This document shows, piece after piece, positions 49,851 through 63,087 of a DNA stretch of 64,000 nucleotides. This stretch comes from Squalus acanthias (taxonomy: Eukaryota). The stretch lies in assembly GCA_030390025.1 (NCBI GenBank), contig CM059432.1:79734001-79798000 (forward strand). The letters are read 5' to 3'. The notes beneath the pieces were generated by a model. It made no database searches. It saw nothing but the letters and a program-made list of their open reading frames with translations, and was not told the DNA's origin. Position 1 is the first letter of the stretch. Every line of letters begins with the position of its first letter. The translations under genes and the position numbers were made by a program.

Positions 49851-51883
49851 GGCCTAGATTTTGAGGTCAGTGGCAAAGGTTCGGCACTCGCCGCTGATCT
49901 CGAAGAAGGCTGCCCAGAAACCTTTAGTGGGCTCTGTGTCATCTATTTCATCTTTTCCAACATGACTTTCCATCTGGCACCATCTATAGGGGATCTGTGG
50001 CATCCAGCAACAGTGATGTCATCAAGCAGGCTAAGCAGACAATCACATTGAAGAAGTCTCTCAGACAGCAAACCAGGATGTAAAGAATAGGTTTTATCAT
50101 TCAGTTTTTATAATTTTACAGAAAGCGGAATAAAGAGTGAGACATACATATAGGATTAAGGTAGAAGCTGAAATCTCAAACAAACTTTAAAGAAATAAAA
50201 TAAAAATTAATTATTTTAAAAATCTATGGAATTTTATCATGGAATGGAGAAAATTACACTCCACAAATGTAAAATTAATTTTTCAGGGCCAGAGAAGTTG
50301 TTCAGCAGTAATTATGACTTAGTATGCTATTAAAAACCCAGTTACACCTCAGTCAACAAGGCTTAACTTTTTCATGAGTTTTTACAACTAGAATGGTGCA
50401 TAAAAAGTGGAAGTTCACATCAATTCAATGACTGTGACACAGGTAAACTAATCCTCCATGTCTTTCTCAAACTGTCTGTAGCCTTTGACACGGTGGACCA
50501 CACCATCCTCCTCCAATGCATCTCCACCGTTGTCCAGCTGGTTGGGACGGCACTCGCCTGGTTCCATTCGTATCTATCTAATCGTAGCTAGAATCACCTG
50601 CAATGGCTTCTCTTCCTGCTCCTGCACTGTTGCCTCTCATGTCCCCCAAGGATCTATCCTTAGCCCCCTCCTATTTCCCATCTACATGCTGCCCCTCGGC
50701 GACATCATCCAAAAACTAGTGTAAATTTTCACATGTACGGTGACTACACCCAACTCTACCTCACCATCACCTCTCTCGACTCCTCCACTGTCTCTAAATT
50801 ATCAGACTGCTTGTCCAACATCCATTACTGGATGAGCAGAAATTTCCTCCAACTAAATATTGGGAAGACCGAAGCTATTGTCCTCGGTCCCCGCTACAAA
50901 TTCCGTTCCCTAGCCACCGACTTCATTCCTCTCCCTGGCAATTGTCTGATGCTGAACCAGACTGTTCGCAATCTTGGTGTCCTATTTGACCCCGAGATGT
51001 GCTTCCGACCACATATCCGCGCCATCACTAAAACTGCCAATTTCCACCTCCGGAGCATCGTCCAATTCTGCCCCGCCTCAGCTCATCTGCTGAAACACTC
51101 ATCCATGACTTTGTTACCTCTAGACTTGACTATTCCAATGCATTCCTGGCCGGCCTCCCATGTTCTCCCCTCCATAAACTTGAGGTCATCCAAAACACTG
51201 CTGCCTGTTTCCTAACTCACACCAAGTCCCGTTCACCCATTGCCCCTGTGCTCACTGACCTACATTGGCTCCCGGTTAAGCAATGCCTCAATGTTTAAAA
51301 TTCTCATCCTTGTTCTCAAATCTGTCCATGGCCTCGCCCCTCCCTATCTCTGTAATCTCCTCCAGCCCCACAACCCTCCGAGATATCTGCGCTCCTCTAA
51401 TTCTGGCCTCTTGAGCATCCCCGATTTTAATTGTTCCACCATTGGTGGCCGTGCCTTCAGCTGCCAAGGCCCTAAGCTCTGGAATTCCCTCCCTAAACTT
51501 CTTCGCCTCTCTACCTCTCTTTGTTCCTTTTAAGACGCTCCTTAAAATCTACCTATTTGACTAAGCTTTTGGTCATCTGCTCTAATATCTCCTTATGTGG
51601 CTCAGTTTTAAAATTTTGTTTTATAACGCTCCTGTGAAGTGCCTTGGGACGTTTTACTACGTTAAAGGTGCTATATAAATCCAAGTTGTTGTTGTTCTTG
51701 TTGATTTCTAATTGATTTCCATCTGCGAGGACTGCAACAGCGCACCCTGTGGAGGAGCAGCAACTTCCGGATTTCTGCGTTTCCCTGCACATGTGCGGAC
51801 TCCAGAAGTTGCTGTCAGTTTTACAGAGTAATGACAGTGAACGCTGACAATTTCACCATCATTACAACTGCAAATTACGGGCC
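49851..51883. mobile_element. Probable Harbinger-type element containing an L2 insertion
   Basis: Imperfect TIR GGCCTAGATTTTGAGGT / ACTGCAAATTACGGGCC and flanks AAT / ATT. Confidence 0.55.
50440..51695 (+). mobile_element. L2-clade LINE, RT and 3' end
   Basis: [31 protein letters not shown] and GLAPPYL..GGRAFS..PKLWNSLP, with a (GTT)n tail. Confidence 0.88.
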
Positions 51884-52812
51884 ATTATGTACTGCAGCAA
51901 CTCGCCAAGGCTTCTTCTATAGTATGTCCAAACCTATGACAGTTACCGCCTAGAAGGACAAGGACAGCAGGTGCATGGGGACACCATCACCTCCAAATAA
52001 CACACCATCTGGACTAGAACATATATCACCGATCCTTCATCGTTGTGGTGCAAAAATTCTGAAACTCCCCTGCCTTACAGCATTGTGGGAGCACCTTCAT
52101 CACATAGACTCCAGCAGTTCAGGAAGGCAGCCCACCACCTTTTCTAGGGCATCAAGGATGGGCACTAAATGTCTTTACTGTTCCTTATTAATTAAACATA
52201 AAGGAATGTTCCCTTTCAAACCATAGGAAATTGGGGAAAACATGAGATTGTATCTTAAATCATACTTAATCTAATTTTCTTTGTCAAATTCTTCTGATTA
52301 TTCGAAGTATGGGGCTGATAACAGTCTTCAGTTCCTGTAGTCTGCTATGTATTGGGCACTGGCTCCCCACATTATGGAGCACAGAGGCCTAAAAAGTCTA
52401 AATGCCCATTGCAACCTGGAAGTATCTGTGGCACTTGGAGCTCGTTAAGGTCCCAATTTTTGTTAAAATTAGGGAATATCCCCATAATATATTGTGACTG
52501 TCTGCACAGTTCTGTTAAATGGACACCGCATGGGATGTCTCTGATAAAAATGAAGCATTTTGTCTTTGATGCATTATTTTACAGATTTTTTCTTTCTGCC
52601 GTGATGCATATGGGTTTCACAGTTTTGACCATAGAAAATGGTCCAGCTTGTTTTGATGCACAGTAGCCTCAGATCAGATGTTATGAGACCGGTATCTAAG
52701 GAAGTGGCCAAATCATTCAATTCAAATGTAATCATCCTGTGAGTTTTGTTCATGTATCTGTTTCATTGACAGCTCTACTTGAGTTTGAGAAACATATTTA
52801 AATTTACTTATT

Positions 52813-52955
52813 TAGCTTTGTTCAGTTGGTGGTATCCTTTCCTCCGAGTCAGAAAGCTTTTGTTTCAAGGCCCGTTCCAGGACTTGAGATCCTTAATCTA
52901 GGCTGGCATTGCAGTGTAGCACTGAAGGAGAATTGCATTGTTGAAAGTCCAGTCC
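52813..52955 (+). mobile_element. Degenerate 5' part of a DeuSINE
   Basis: Aligns to the tRNA-like head of 40617-41071 (cagttgg..gagtcagaa..ttcaag..ccaggacttgag). Confidence 0.55.
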
Positions 52956-53613
52956 TGAAGGAGTGCATCATGCTATTCACTTAACCGTCTACTGATTAAT
53001 AAATCTGATTGTCAATTTATGGTTTAATAAAGTGGTTGTTCTACTGCTATCCAAAATTGAGGAAGGACATCTGAGGGCACACCCGGGCTTGCTACAAATT
53101 GCCTGGCTATTAGGCAGTTTAAAGCACACGCTGGGTCATAAGGAACAAGGTCTCAAAGACACAGACTGAAGAAAAATATCTGGAGTCAAAACCTAAAATT
53201 GTAACATGGAGAAAAGACAGGTAGACTGGGGCGGGGCAGGGGGGCGGGGTGGGTAGCCCTAATAATTAAGGATGACATAAGGACAGTAGAAAGAAAGGAT
53301 CTTGACTCGGAAGATCAGGAAGTAGAATCCGTATGGGTGGATATAAGAAATAACAAGGGGCAGAACACAGAGTGGTGGGAGTAGTTTATAGGCCCCCTAA
53401 CAGTAGCTATACCATTGGACAGAGTATTAATCAAGAAATAATAGGAGCTTGTAACAAAGGTAATGCAATAATCGTGGGGGACTTTAATCTTCATATAGAT
53501 TGGGAAATGAAATTGGCAAGGGTAGTCTGGAGGACGAGTTCATGGAATGCATTCGAGACAGTTTCCGAGAACAATACATCATCGAACTAACCAGGGAACA
53601 GGCTATTTTAGAT

Positions 53614-53766
53614 ATAAAAACAGAAAATGCTGCAAATACTCAGCAGGTCAGGCAGCATCTGTAGAGTTTCTCTCTCTACAGATGCTGCCTGACCTGCTGA
53701 GTATTTCCAGCATTTTCTGATTTTATTTCAGATTTCCAGCATCCACAGTATTTTGCTTTTTGTATT
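53614..53766. mobile_element. Penelope-derived fold-back insertion with 14-bp TSD
   Basis: 53-bp inverted arms at 53614-53666 and 53674-53726. AGGCTATTTTAGAT duplicated at 53600 and 53767. Confidence 0.8.
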
Positions 53767-55756
53767 AGGCTATTTTAGATCTTATTTTGTGTAATAAGAC
53801 AGGGTTAATTAGTAATTTTATAGTAAAGGATCATCTAGGGAAGAGTGACCATAATATAATAGAATTTCACATTGAATTTGAGAGTGACATTCTTAAATCC
53901 GAAACTAGAGCTTTAAACTTAAACAAAGCCAATTACGTGGGTATGAGGGGCAAGTTGGCTAAGGTAGATTGGGAAATTAGATTAAAAGGTATGACAGTAA
54001 ATAAGCAGTGGTGAACATTTAAAAAAAAAATTCCAAAATTCTTAACTAATATATTGAGAAATAAAAACTTCACGGGAAAAGTAATCCATCCGTGGCTAAC
54101 TAAAGAAGTTAAGGATAGTATTAGAATAACAGAAGAGGCTTATAATGTTGCAAAGAATAGTATTAAGCCTGAGGATATGGAGAGCTTTAGAAACCAGCAA
54201 AGGATGACCAAAAAACTGATTAAAATGGAGAAAATAGAATGAGAGTAAATTAGCAAGAAATATAAAAACAGATTGTAAGAGCTTCTACAAATATGTAAAA
54301 AGGAAGAGAGCAGCAAAAACAAGCGTTGGTCCCTTAGAGGCTGAGACAGGAGAAATTATATTGGGGAACAAGGAAATGGTAAAGACTTTAAACAAATATT
54401 TTGTATCTGTCTTCACAGTGGAAGACGCAAAAGTTATACCAAAAATTGTGGGGAACCAAGGGGCTAACGAGAGCAAGTAACTTAAAGTAATTAATATCAG
54501 TAGAGAAAAAGTACTTGAGAAAGTAATGGGACTAAAGCTGACAATTGCCCTGGACCTGATGGCCTACATACTAGGGTTCTAAAAGAAGTGCATTCAGAGA
54601 TAGTGGATGCATTGGTTGTGATTTTCCAAAATTCCCTAGATTCTAGAACGGTCCCAGCAGATTGGAAGGTAACAAATATAACCCCACGAATAGGGAGAGA
54701 GAAAACTGGGAACTACAGGCCAGTTAGTCTGACATTGGTCGTCGGGAAAATGCCGGAATCCATTATTAAGGAAGTGCTAACAGGGCAGTTAGAAAATCAT
54801 GATATGATATTAGACAGTGTCAACATGGTTTTATGAAAGGGAAATAGTGTTTAACAAATTTGAGTTTTTTGAGGATGTAACTAGCAGAGTAGATAAAGGG
54901 GAAGCAGTGGATGTTGTATATTTGGATTCGCAAAAGACATTCGATAAGGTGCCACATAAAAGGTTGTTACGCAAGATAAGGGCACATGGGGTTGGGGGTA
55001 ATGTATTAGCATAGAGGATTGGTTAACGTACAGAAAACAGAGAGTAGGGATAAATGGGTCGTTTTCAGATTGGCAGGCTGTAACTAGAGGGGTGCTGCAA
55101 GGATCAGTGCTTGGGCCTCAGCTATTTACAATCTATATTAATGACTTAGATAAAGGGACCGAGTGCAATGTATCCAAGTTTGCTGACGATACAAAGCTAG
55201 GTGGGAAAGTAAGCTGTGAGGAGGACGCAAAAAGCCTGCAAAGGGATATAGACAGGTTAAGTGAGTGGGCAATAAGGTGGAGCATAATGTGGGGAAATGT
55301 GAGGTTATTCACTTTGGTGAGAAAAATAGAAAAGCATAATATTTTTTAAATGGTGAGAAACTATTAAATGTTGGTGTTCAAGAGAGATTTAGGTGTCCAA
55401 GTACAAGAAACACAGAGTTAGCATGCAGGTACAGCAGGCAATTAGGAAGGAAAATGGCATATTGGCCTTAATTGCTAGAGGGTTGGAGTACAAGAGTAAG
55501 GAAGTGTTGCTACAATTGTACAGGGCCTTGGTGAGACCACACCTGGAGTACTGTGCACAGTTTTGGTCTCCTTATCTAAGGAAGAATATACTCGCCTTAG
55601 AGGCGGTGCAATGAAGGTCACTCGATTGATTCCTGGGATGAGAGGGTTGTCCTATGATGAGAGATGGAGTAGATCAGGCCTATACTCGAGTTTAGAAGAT
55701 TGAGAGGTGATCTCATTGAAACATACAAGATTCTGAGGGGGCTTGACAGGGTAGAT

Positions 55757-58700
55757 AGAATCATAGAATGGTTACAGCACAGAAGGCGGCCTGTCGAGCC
55801 CGTGCCGGCTCTCTGCAACACTTCAGCTAGTCTCACTCCCCCTGCAAATTTCTTCCCCTCAGGTACTTATCCAATTCCCTTTTGAAAGCAAGGATTGAGT
55901 CTGCCTCCACCACCCTTTCAGGCAGTACATTCCAGATCCTAACCACTCGCTGTGTGAAAAAAGTTTTTCCTCATGTCGCTTTTGGTTCTTCTGCCAATCA
56001 CCTTGAATCTGTGTCCTCTGGTTCTCGACCCTTCTGCCAATGGGAACAGTTTCTCTCTATCTCGACCCCTCATGATTTTGAATACCGCTATCAAATCTCC
56101 TCTCAACCTTCTCTGCTCTAAAGAGAACAACCCCAGATTCTCCAGTCTATCCACGTAACTGAAGTCACTCATCCATAGAATCATTCTTGTAAATCTTTTC
56201 TGCACCCTCTCTTAAGGCCTTCACATCCTTCCTAAAGTGCGGTGCCCAGAATTGGACACAATACTCCAGTTGAGGCCGAGCCAGTGTTTTATAAAGGTTC
56301 ATCATAACTTCCTTGCTTTTGTACGCTATGCCTCTATTTATGAAGCCCATTATCCTATATGTTTTTTTTAACTGCTTTCTCAACCTGCCCTGCCACCTTC
56401 AATGATTTGTGCACATATACCCCCAGGGCTCTCTGTTCCTGCACCCTCTTTAGGATTGTACCCTTTAGTTTATATTGCCTCTCTCTCGTTCTTCCGACCA
56501 AAATGAATCACTTCGAACTTTTCTGCGTTAAATTTCATCTGCCATGTGTCCGCCTATTTCACCAGCCTGTTTATGACTTCTTGAAGTCTATCACTATCCT
56601 CCTCACTGTTCACTATACCTCCAAGTTTAGTATCATCTGCAAATTTTGAAATTGTGTCCTGTACTCCCAAGTCCAAGTCATTAATATATATCAAGAAAAG
56701 CACTGGTCCTAGTACCGACCTCTGGGGAACACCACTGTATACCTTCCTCCAGTCTGAAAAACAACAGTTCACCACTACTCTCTGTTTCCTGTCACTTAGC
56801 CAATTTCGTATCCATGCTGCCACTGTCCCTTTTATTCCATGGGCTTCAGCTTTGCCGTTAAGCCTATTATGTGGCACTTTATCAAACGCCTTTTGGAAGT
56901 CCATATACACCACGTCAACCGCATTGCCCTCATCAACCTCATCAAAAAACTCGATCAAGTCAGTTAAACACTATTTGCCTTCAACAAATCCATGCTGGCT
57001 TTCCTGAATTAATCCACACTTGTCCAAGTGACTGTTAACTTTGTCCCTGATTATCGTTTCCAAAAGCTTCCCCACTACCGAGGTTAAACTGACTGGCTTG
57101 TGGTTGCTGGATTTATCCTTGCATGCTTTTTTGAACAAGGGTGTAATATTTGCAATTCTCCAGTCCTCTGGCACCACTCCCGTATCTAAGGAGGATTGGA
57201 AGATTATGGCGAGTACTGCCGCGATTTCCTCCTTAACCTCTCTCGGCATCCTAGGATTCATCCAATCCCTGGTGAGTTATCAACTTTAAGTTCAGACAGC
57301 CTTTCTAGTACCTCTTTATCAATTTTTATCTCAACTAGTAATTCCACTACCTCCACTTTCACTGACTTTGGCAGCATCTTCTTCCTTGGTGAAGACAGAT
57401 GCAAAGTACTAATTTAGTACCTCAGCCATGCCCTCTACCTCCATGCGTAGGTCTCCTTTTTGGTCCCTAATCGGCCCCACCCCTCCTCTTACTACCCGTT
57501 TATTATTTCTAATGCCTACAGAAGACTTTTGAATTCTCTTTTATGCTAGCTGGCAATATATTCTCATACTCTCTCTTTGCCCCTCTTATTTTCTTTTTCA
57601 CTTCCCCTCTGAACTTTCTATATTCAGCCTGATTCTCACTTGTATTCTCAATCTGACATCTGTCATACGTGCCCTTTTTCTGCTCAATCTTATTCTCTAT
57701 CTCTTTCGTCATCCAGGGAGCTCTGGTTTTAGTCGCCCTACATTTCCCCCTCGTGGGAATGTACCTTGACTGTACCCGAACCATCTCCTCTTTAAAAGCA
57801 GCCCATTGTTCGATTACAGTTTTCCCTGCCTATCTTTGATTCCAATTTACCCAGGCCAGATCCATTCTCAACCCACTGAATTTTGCCTTCCTCCAATTAA
57901 GTATTTTTACTGTAGATTGCTCCCTGTCCTCTTCCATAGCTAATCTAAACCTTATAATACTATGATCATTGTTCCCTGACTGACACTTGCTCCACTTGAC
58001 CCACCTCATTACCCAGAACCAGATCCAGCAATGCCTCTTTCCTCGTTGGGCCAGAAACGTACTGATCAAGAAAGTTCTCCTGAAAACACTTCAGAAATTC
58101 TTCCCCATCTCTGCCCTTTACACTATTATTATCCCAGTCTATGTTAGGATAATTGAAGTCCCCCATTATTACTATTCTATAGTTCTTGCACCTCTCTGTA
58201 ATTTCCCTGCAAATTTGCTCCTCTATATCTTTCCCACTAGTTGGTGGCCTATAGAATACACCTAGTAGTGTAATGGCACCTCTATTATTTCTCAACTCTA
58301 ACCAAAAAGATTCTGTCCTTGACCCCTCCAGGACATCCTCTCTCTCCAGCACTGTAACATTCTCCTTAGCCAATACTGCCACCCCACCTCCTTTCTTTCC
58401 TTCCATATCTTTCCTGAACACCTTATAACCAGGAATATTTAAAACACAATCCTGTCCTTTTTTGAGCCAGGTCTCTGTTATCGCCACAACATCATATTCC
58501 CATGTGGCTATTAGCGCCTGCAGCTCACCAACCTTATTTACCACGCTACGTGCATTTACACACATGCACTGTAAACCTGTCTTAGACCTTCTTGTATTCT
58601 CTCTTAATCTGTTCTCACCTAATACCTTACTATTTCTTACTCTAGTGTTATCTGTCTCTCCCCATTCTTTGTGCACTTTGTTTCTCCTTTTCAATGCTAC

Positions 58701-59085
58701 ATGCTGGTGCCCATCCCCCTGCCAAATTAGTTTAAACCCTCCCCAACAGCACTAGCAAATCCCCCCGTGAGGACAATGGTTCCGTCTCTGTTGAGGTGCA
58801 ACAGGTCCCACCTCCCCCAGAACCGGTCCCAATGTCCCAGGAATCTGAAGCCCTCCCTCCTGCACCATCTCTCCAGCCACGCATTCATCTGCTCTATCCT
58901 CCTATTTCTAAACTCACTAGCTCGTGGCACAGGGAGTAATCCAGAGATTACTACCTTTGAGGTCCTGCTTTTTAATCTCTTTCCTCGCTCCCTAAAATCT
59001 GCCTGCAGGACCTCATCCCTTTTTCTACCTATGTCGTTGGTATTGATATGGACCACGACCTCTGGCTGTTCACCCTCCCCCCTCT
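55757..59085 (-). mobile_element. CR1 LINE (ORF1 esterase tail, endonuclease, RT, 3'UTR), frameshifted
   Basis: ORFs 58727..59101, 57966..58694, 56971..57261, 56554..56958 and 55939..56205. CATAGAAT tail. Confidence 0.92.
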
Positions 59086-59086
59086 C

Positions 59087-62000
59087 AGAACATAAGGACA
59101 TAAGAAATAGGAGTAGGAATAGGCCATTTGGCCCTTCAAGCCTGTTCCGCCATTCAATAAGATCATGGCTGATCTTCTAACTCATGTCCACTTTCCTGCA
59201 CTATCCCCCATATCCCTTGATTCCCTTAATATTCAAAAATCTATCGACCTCTGTCTTGAATATACTCAATGACTGAGCCTCCACAGCCCTCTGGGGTAGA
59301 GAATTCCAAAAATTCACCACCCTCTGAGTGAAGAAATTTCTCCTCATCTCAGTCCTAAATGGCCGACCCCTTATTCTGAGACTCTGACCCCTGGTTCTAG
59401 ACTCCCCAGCCAGGGGCAACATCCTCCCTGCATCTACCCTGTCAAGCCCCGTCAGAATTTTGTATGTTTCAATGAGATCACCTCTCATTCTTCTAAACTC
59501 TCGAATATAGGCCTAGTCTAACTCAATCTGTCCTCATAGGACAATCCCCCATCCCAGGAACCAGTCTGGTGAACCTTCATTGCACTCCCTCTGTGGCAAG
59601 TATATCCTTCCTTGGGTAAGGAGACCAAAACTGTACACAATACTCCAGGTGTGGTCTCACCAGGATCCTATATAATTGCAGTAAGACGTCTTTACTCTTA
59701 TACTCAAATCCTCTTGTAATAAAGGCCAACATACTATTTGGTTTCCTAATTACTCGCTGTACCTGCATGTTAACTTTCAGTGATTTGTGTACAAGGACAC
59801 CCAGGTCCTTCTGAACACCAACATTTCCCAATCTCTCACCATTTAAAAAATACTCTGCTTTTCTATTTTTCCTACCAAACTTCACATTTCTCCACATTAT
59901 ATTCCATTTGCCATGTCCTTGCCCACTCACTTAGCCTGTCTATATCCTCTTGAAGCCTCCTTGCATCCTCCTGACAACTTACATTCCCACCCAGCTTTGT
60001 ATCATCAGCAAACTTGGATATATTACATTTGGTCCCCTCATCTAAATCATTGATGTAGATTGTGAATAGCTGACGCCCAAGCACTGATCCTTGCGGTACC
60101 CCGCTAGTTACAGCCTGCCATGCCAAAAATGACCCGTTTATTCCGACTCTCTGTTTTCTGTCCGTTAACCAATCCTCAGTCCACGCTAGTATATTACCTC
60201 CAATCCCATGAGCCCTAATTTTGTTTAATAACCTCTTGTGTGGCACCTTATCGAATGCTTTCTGAAAATCCAAATACACCACATCCACTGGTTCCCCCTT
60301 ATCTATCCTGCAAGTTACAACCTCAAAAAACTCCAACAGATTTGTCAAACACGATTTCCCTTTCATAAATCCGTGTTGACTCTGCCCAATCCTATTATTA
60401 TTTTCTAAGTGCCCTGTTACCACGTCCTTAGTAATCGATTCTAGCATTTTCCCTACTACTGATGTCAGGCTAACTGGTCTGTAGTTCCCCGTTTTCTTTC
60501 TCCCTCCTTTCTTAAATAGTGGGGTTACATTTGCTACCTTCCAATCCGTGGGAACCGTTCTAGAATCTATGGAATTTTTGAAAATGACAACCAATGCATC
60601 CACTATCTCGATAGCCACCTCTTTCAAAACCCTAGGATTAGGCCATGGGGATTTATCGGTTTTCAGTCCCATTAATTTCTCCAGTACTATTTTTTTACTA
60701 ATACTAATTTCTTTCATTTTCTCATTCTCGCTAGACCCTTGGTTGTCCACTATTTCCGGGAAGTTTTTTGCGTCGTCTTCCGTGAAGACAGACACAAAGG
60801 GCTCGATTTTGCCAGGCCCGAGGAGGCGGGAATTGAGGTGTGTGGGGTGTTAAAATTGCAAAAAATGGCGGGCGGGCCCAACCCCGCCTCCAAGCAATTT
60901 TCCCAAATGCGTGGTTTCTGGTCCCGCCTCCAAGAGGCGGGATAGGCCCTTAACAACCACTTAATTGCCTCTATAATCCCATTTTGAGAGGCCTTTCTGA
61001 TTTTAACACTTTTCCAACGTGATGCACGCCTCCTCTGAAACACGACGGTGAAACCTGGCGGTAGCACACTTGGATTGCTGACTATCAGCTGCAGCTCCAA
61101 CATTAAAAAGGAGATTTGATCAATCATCACTCTGGGGGAACTTTTAGCAGGCATAACCATTGTTGTGGAAGTTTGGAGCCTGACACCCATCTCCAGTGGG
61201 AGGTGGTGGTGGTGGTCTGGGAGCAGACTTGGGTCTCCTGCTGCTCATTTTGCCTCCAGGTCCCTCTCACAGCAAAGGCCAAAAGATTGGCAGTCTTTGC
61301 AGACCTTAAATGCAGCAGCAATGATGACATCATCAGATGCGACTTTCAGACTGAAAAAACGAATTGGGTCATGGGTTCCCACATGCTGGAACTCAATTGC
61401 CCAATTCGGGGAAAATCGCATAATTCTTCCACATCCAATTGGAGTCGGGTGGCTAACACCAAAAGCGGATGACACGACCCCAGCCCGCCCCATGACAAAA
61501 TCGAGCCCAAAGTATTTGTTTAATTTCTCTGCCATTTCCTTATTCCCCATTATAATTTCTTCTGTCTCAGCCTGGAAGGGACCCACATTTACTTTTGCTA
61601 ATCTTTTCCTTTTTACATACCTATAGAAGCTTTAACAGTCCGTTTTTATGTCTCTCACTAGTTTACTCTCATATTCTATTTTCCCTTTCTTAATCAATTT
61701 CTTGGTCCTCCTTTGCTGAATTCTAAAATCTCTCAACCCTCAGGCTTACTACTCTTTTTGGCAACATTATAAGCCTCTTCCTTTGATCTAATACTATCTT
61801 TAACTTCTCTTCTTAGCCACGGTTGAACCACTTTTCCTGTGGGGTTTTTGTGCCTTAAAGGAATGTATATTTGATGTAAATTATGTATTAATTCTTTAAA
61901 TGCTAGCCATTGCTTGATATCGTCATACCTTTTTAATGTAGGTTCCAGTCTACCGTAGCCAACTTGCCCCTCATACCCACATAGTTTGCTTTGTTTAGAT

Positions 62001-62392
62001 TTAAGACCCTAGTTTCGGATTTAACTAAATCGCTTTCAAGCTCAATGTAAAATTCTATCATATTATGGTCACTCTTCCCTAAAGGCCCCTTTACTACAAG
62101 GTTATAAATTAACCCTTTCTCGTTGCGCAATACTAGATGTAAAATAGTCTGTTCCCTAACTGATTCCTCAACATACTGATCTAGAAAACTATCTTGTATA
62201 CTTTCCATGAATTCATCCTTCACACTATTGCTGCAAATTTGGTTTGCCCAGTCTATATGTAGATTAAAGTCCCCCATGATTACTGTATTACCCTTGTTAC
62301 ATGCGCCTCTAATTTCCTGATTTATACTCTGCCCTACATTACAACTACTATTTGGGGGCTTATAAACAACTCCCACCAATGTTTTCTGCCCG
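59087..62392 (-). mobile_element. CR1 LINE ORF2 and 3'UTR, interrupted by a Harbinger element
   Basis: ORFs 61933..62379, 59872..60795, 59577..59930 and 59201..59488. Confidence 0.92.
60799..61508. mobile_element. Non-autonomous PIF/Harbinger-type element (710 bp)
   Basis: TIR GGGCTCGATTTTGCCA / TGACAAAATCGAGCCC and TSD AAA. Splits the CR1 codons for KYF|VSVF. Confidence 0.9.
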
Positions 62393-63087
62393 TTGCAGAT
62401 GCTGAGAGATTTTTTTTCCCCTGACTGGGGAGTCTAGAACTAGGGGGCATAGTCTCAGGATAAGGGGTCAGCCTTTTAAGACTGAGATGAAGAGGAATTT
62501 CTTCATTCAGAGGGTTGTAAATCTTTGGAATTCTCTGCCCCAAAGAGCTGTGGATGCTCAGTCGTTGAGATTATTCATGGCTGAGCTAGATAGATTTTTG
62601 AACTCTTGAGGAATCAAGGGATATGGGGATAGGGCACGAAAGTGGAGTTGAGGCCGAAGATCAGCCATGAACTTATTGAATGGCGGAGCAGGCTCGAGGG
62701 GCCATCTGGCCTACTCTCCTGCTCCAAATACTTATGTTCTTATAACCCTTGAGTAGTGTCTTTACAACATGGTCCAGAGGGTGATTGACACCAAACACTG
62801 TCCCATCCTCACAATATTTCCATCTTGTGGAAAAAGTTGAATAGTACAGTCCAGAAATGGACAAAAATACTGTATAAATTATAAAATATGGCTGTGACAG
62901 TGTTCAAAGTTGTCAACTGCTCTTTGGTTTCAGATGATTGCAAACTTCTGTAGTTTTGCTCTTTTGGCTTGATTTTGTTCAGATTGAACCCGTTCAAAGT
63001 ATTTATTCAATTTATTGTAACTGTTTCCAGATGTTTTGAAGGCGAGTCAGATTTAGCCATTTAATATTCTTTTTTTCCTTTTTGTAG

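Larger units (their letters stand above)
49560..52175 (+). mobile_element. 3' part of the second LINE lineage (49560-49850 and 51885-52175), interrupted by a DNA element that carries an L2
   Basis: IDQKLNWNSHIN.. and VMEYSSLAWMGAAATTLKKLDTIQDKAA. The 3' end is homologous to 24482-24794. Confidence 0.75.
53235..62745 (+). mobile_element. Degenerate + strand CR1 (53235-55756, resuming 62393-62745) hosting two - strand CR1 copies
   Basis: Endonuclease and RT fragments. GLDRVD breaks at 55756 and continues AERFFPL-like at about 62400, then the 3'UTR and tail. Confidence 0.85.
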
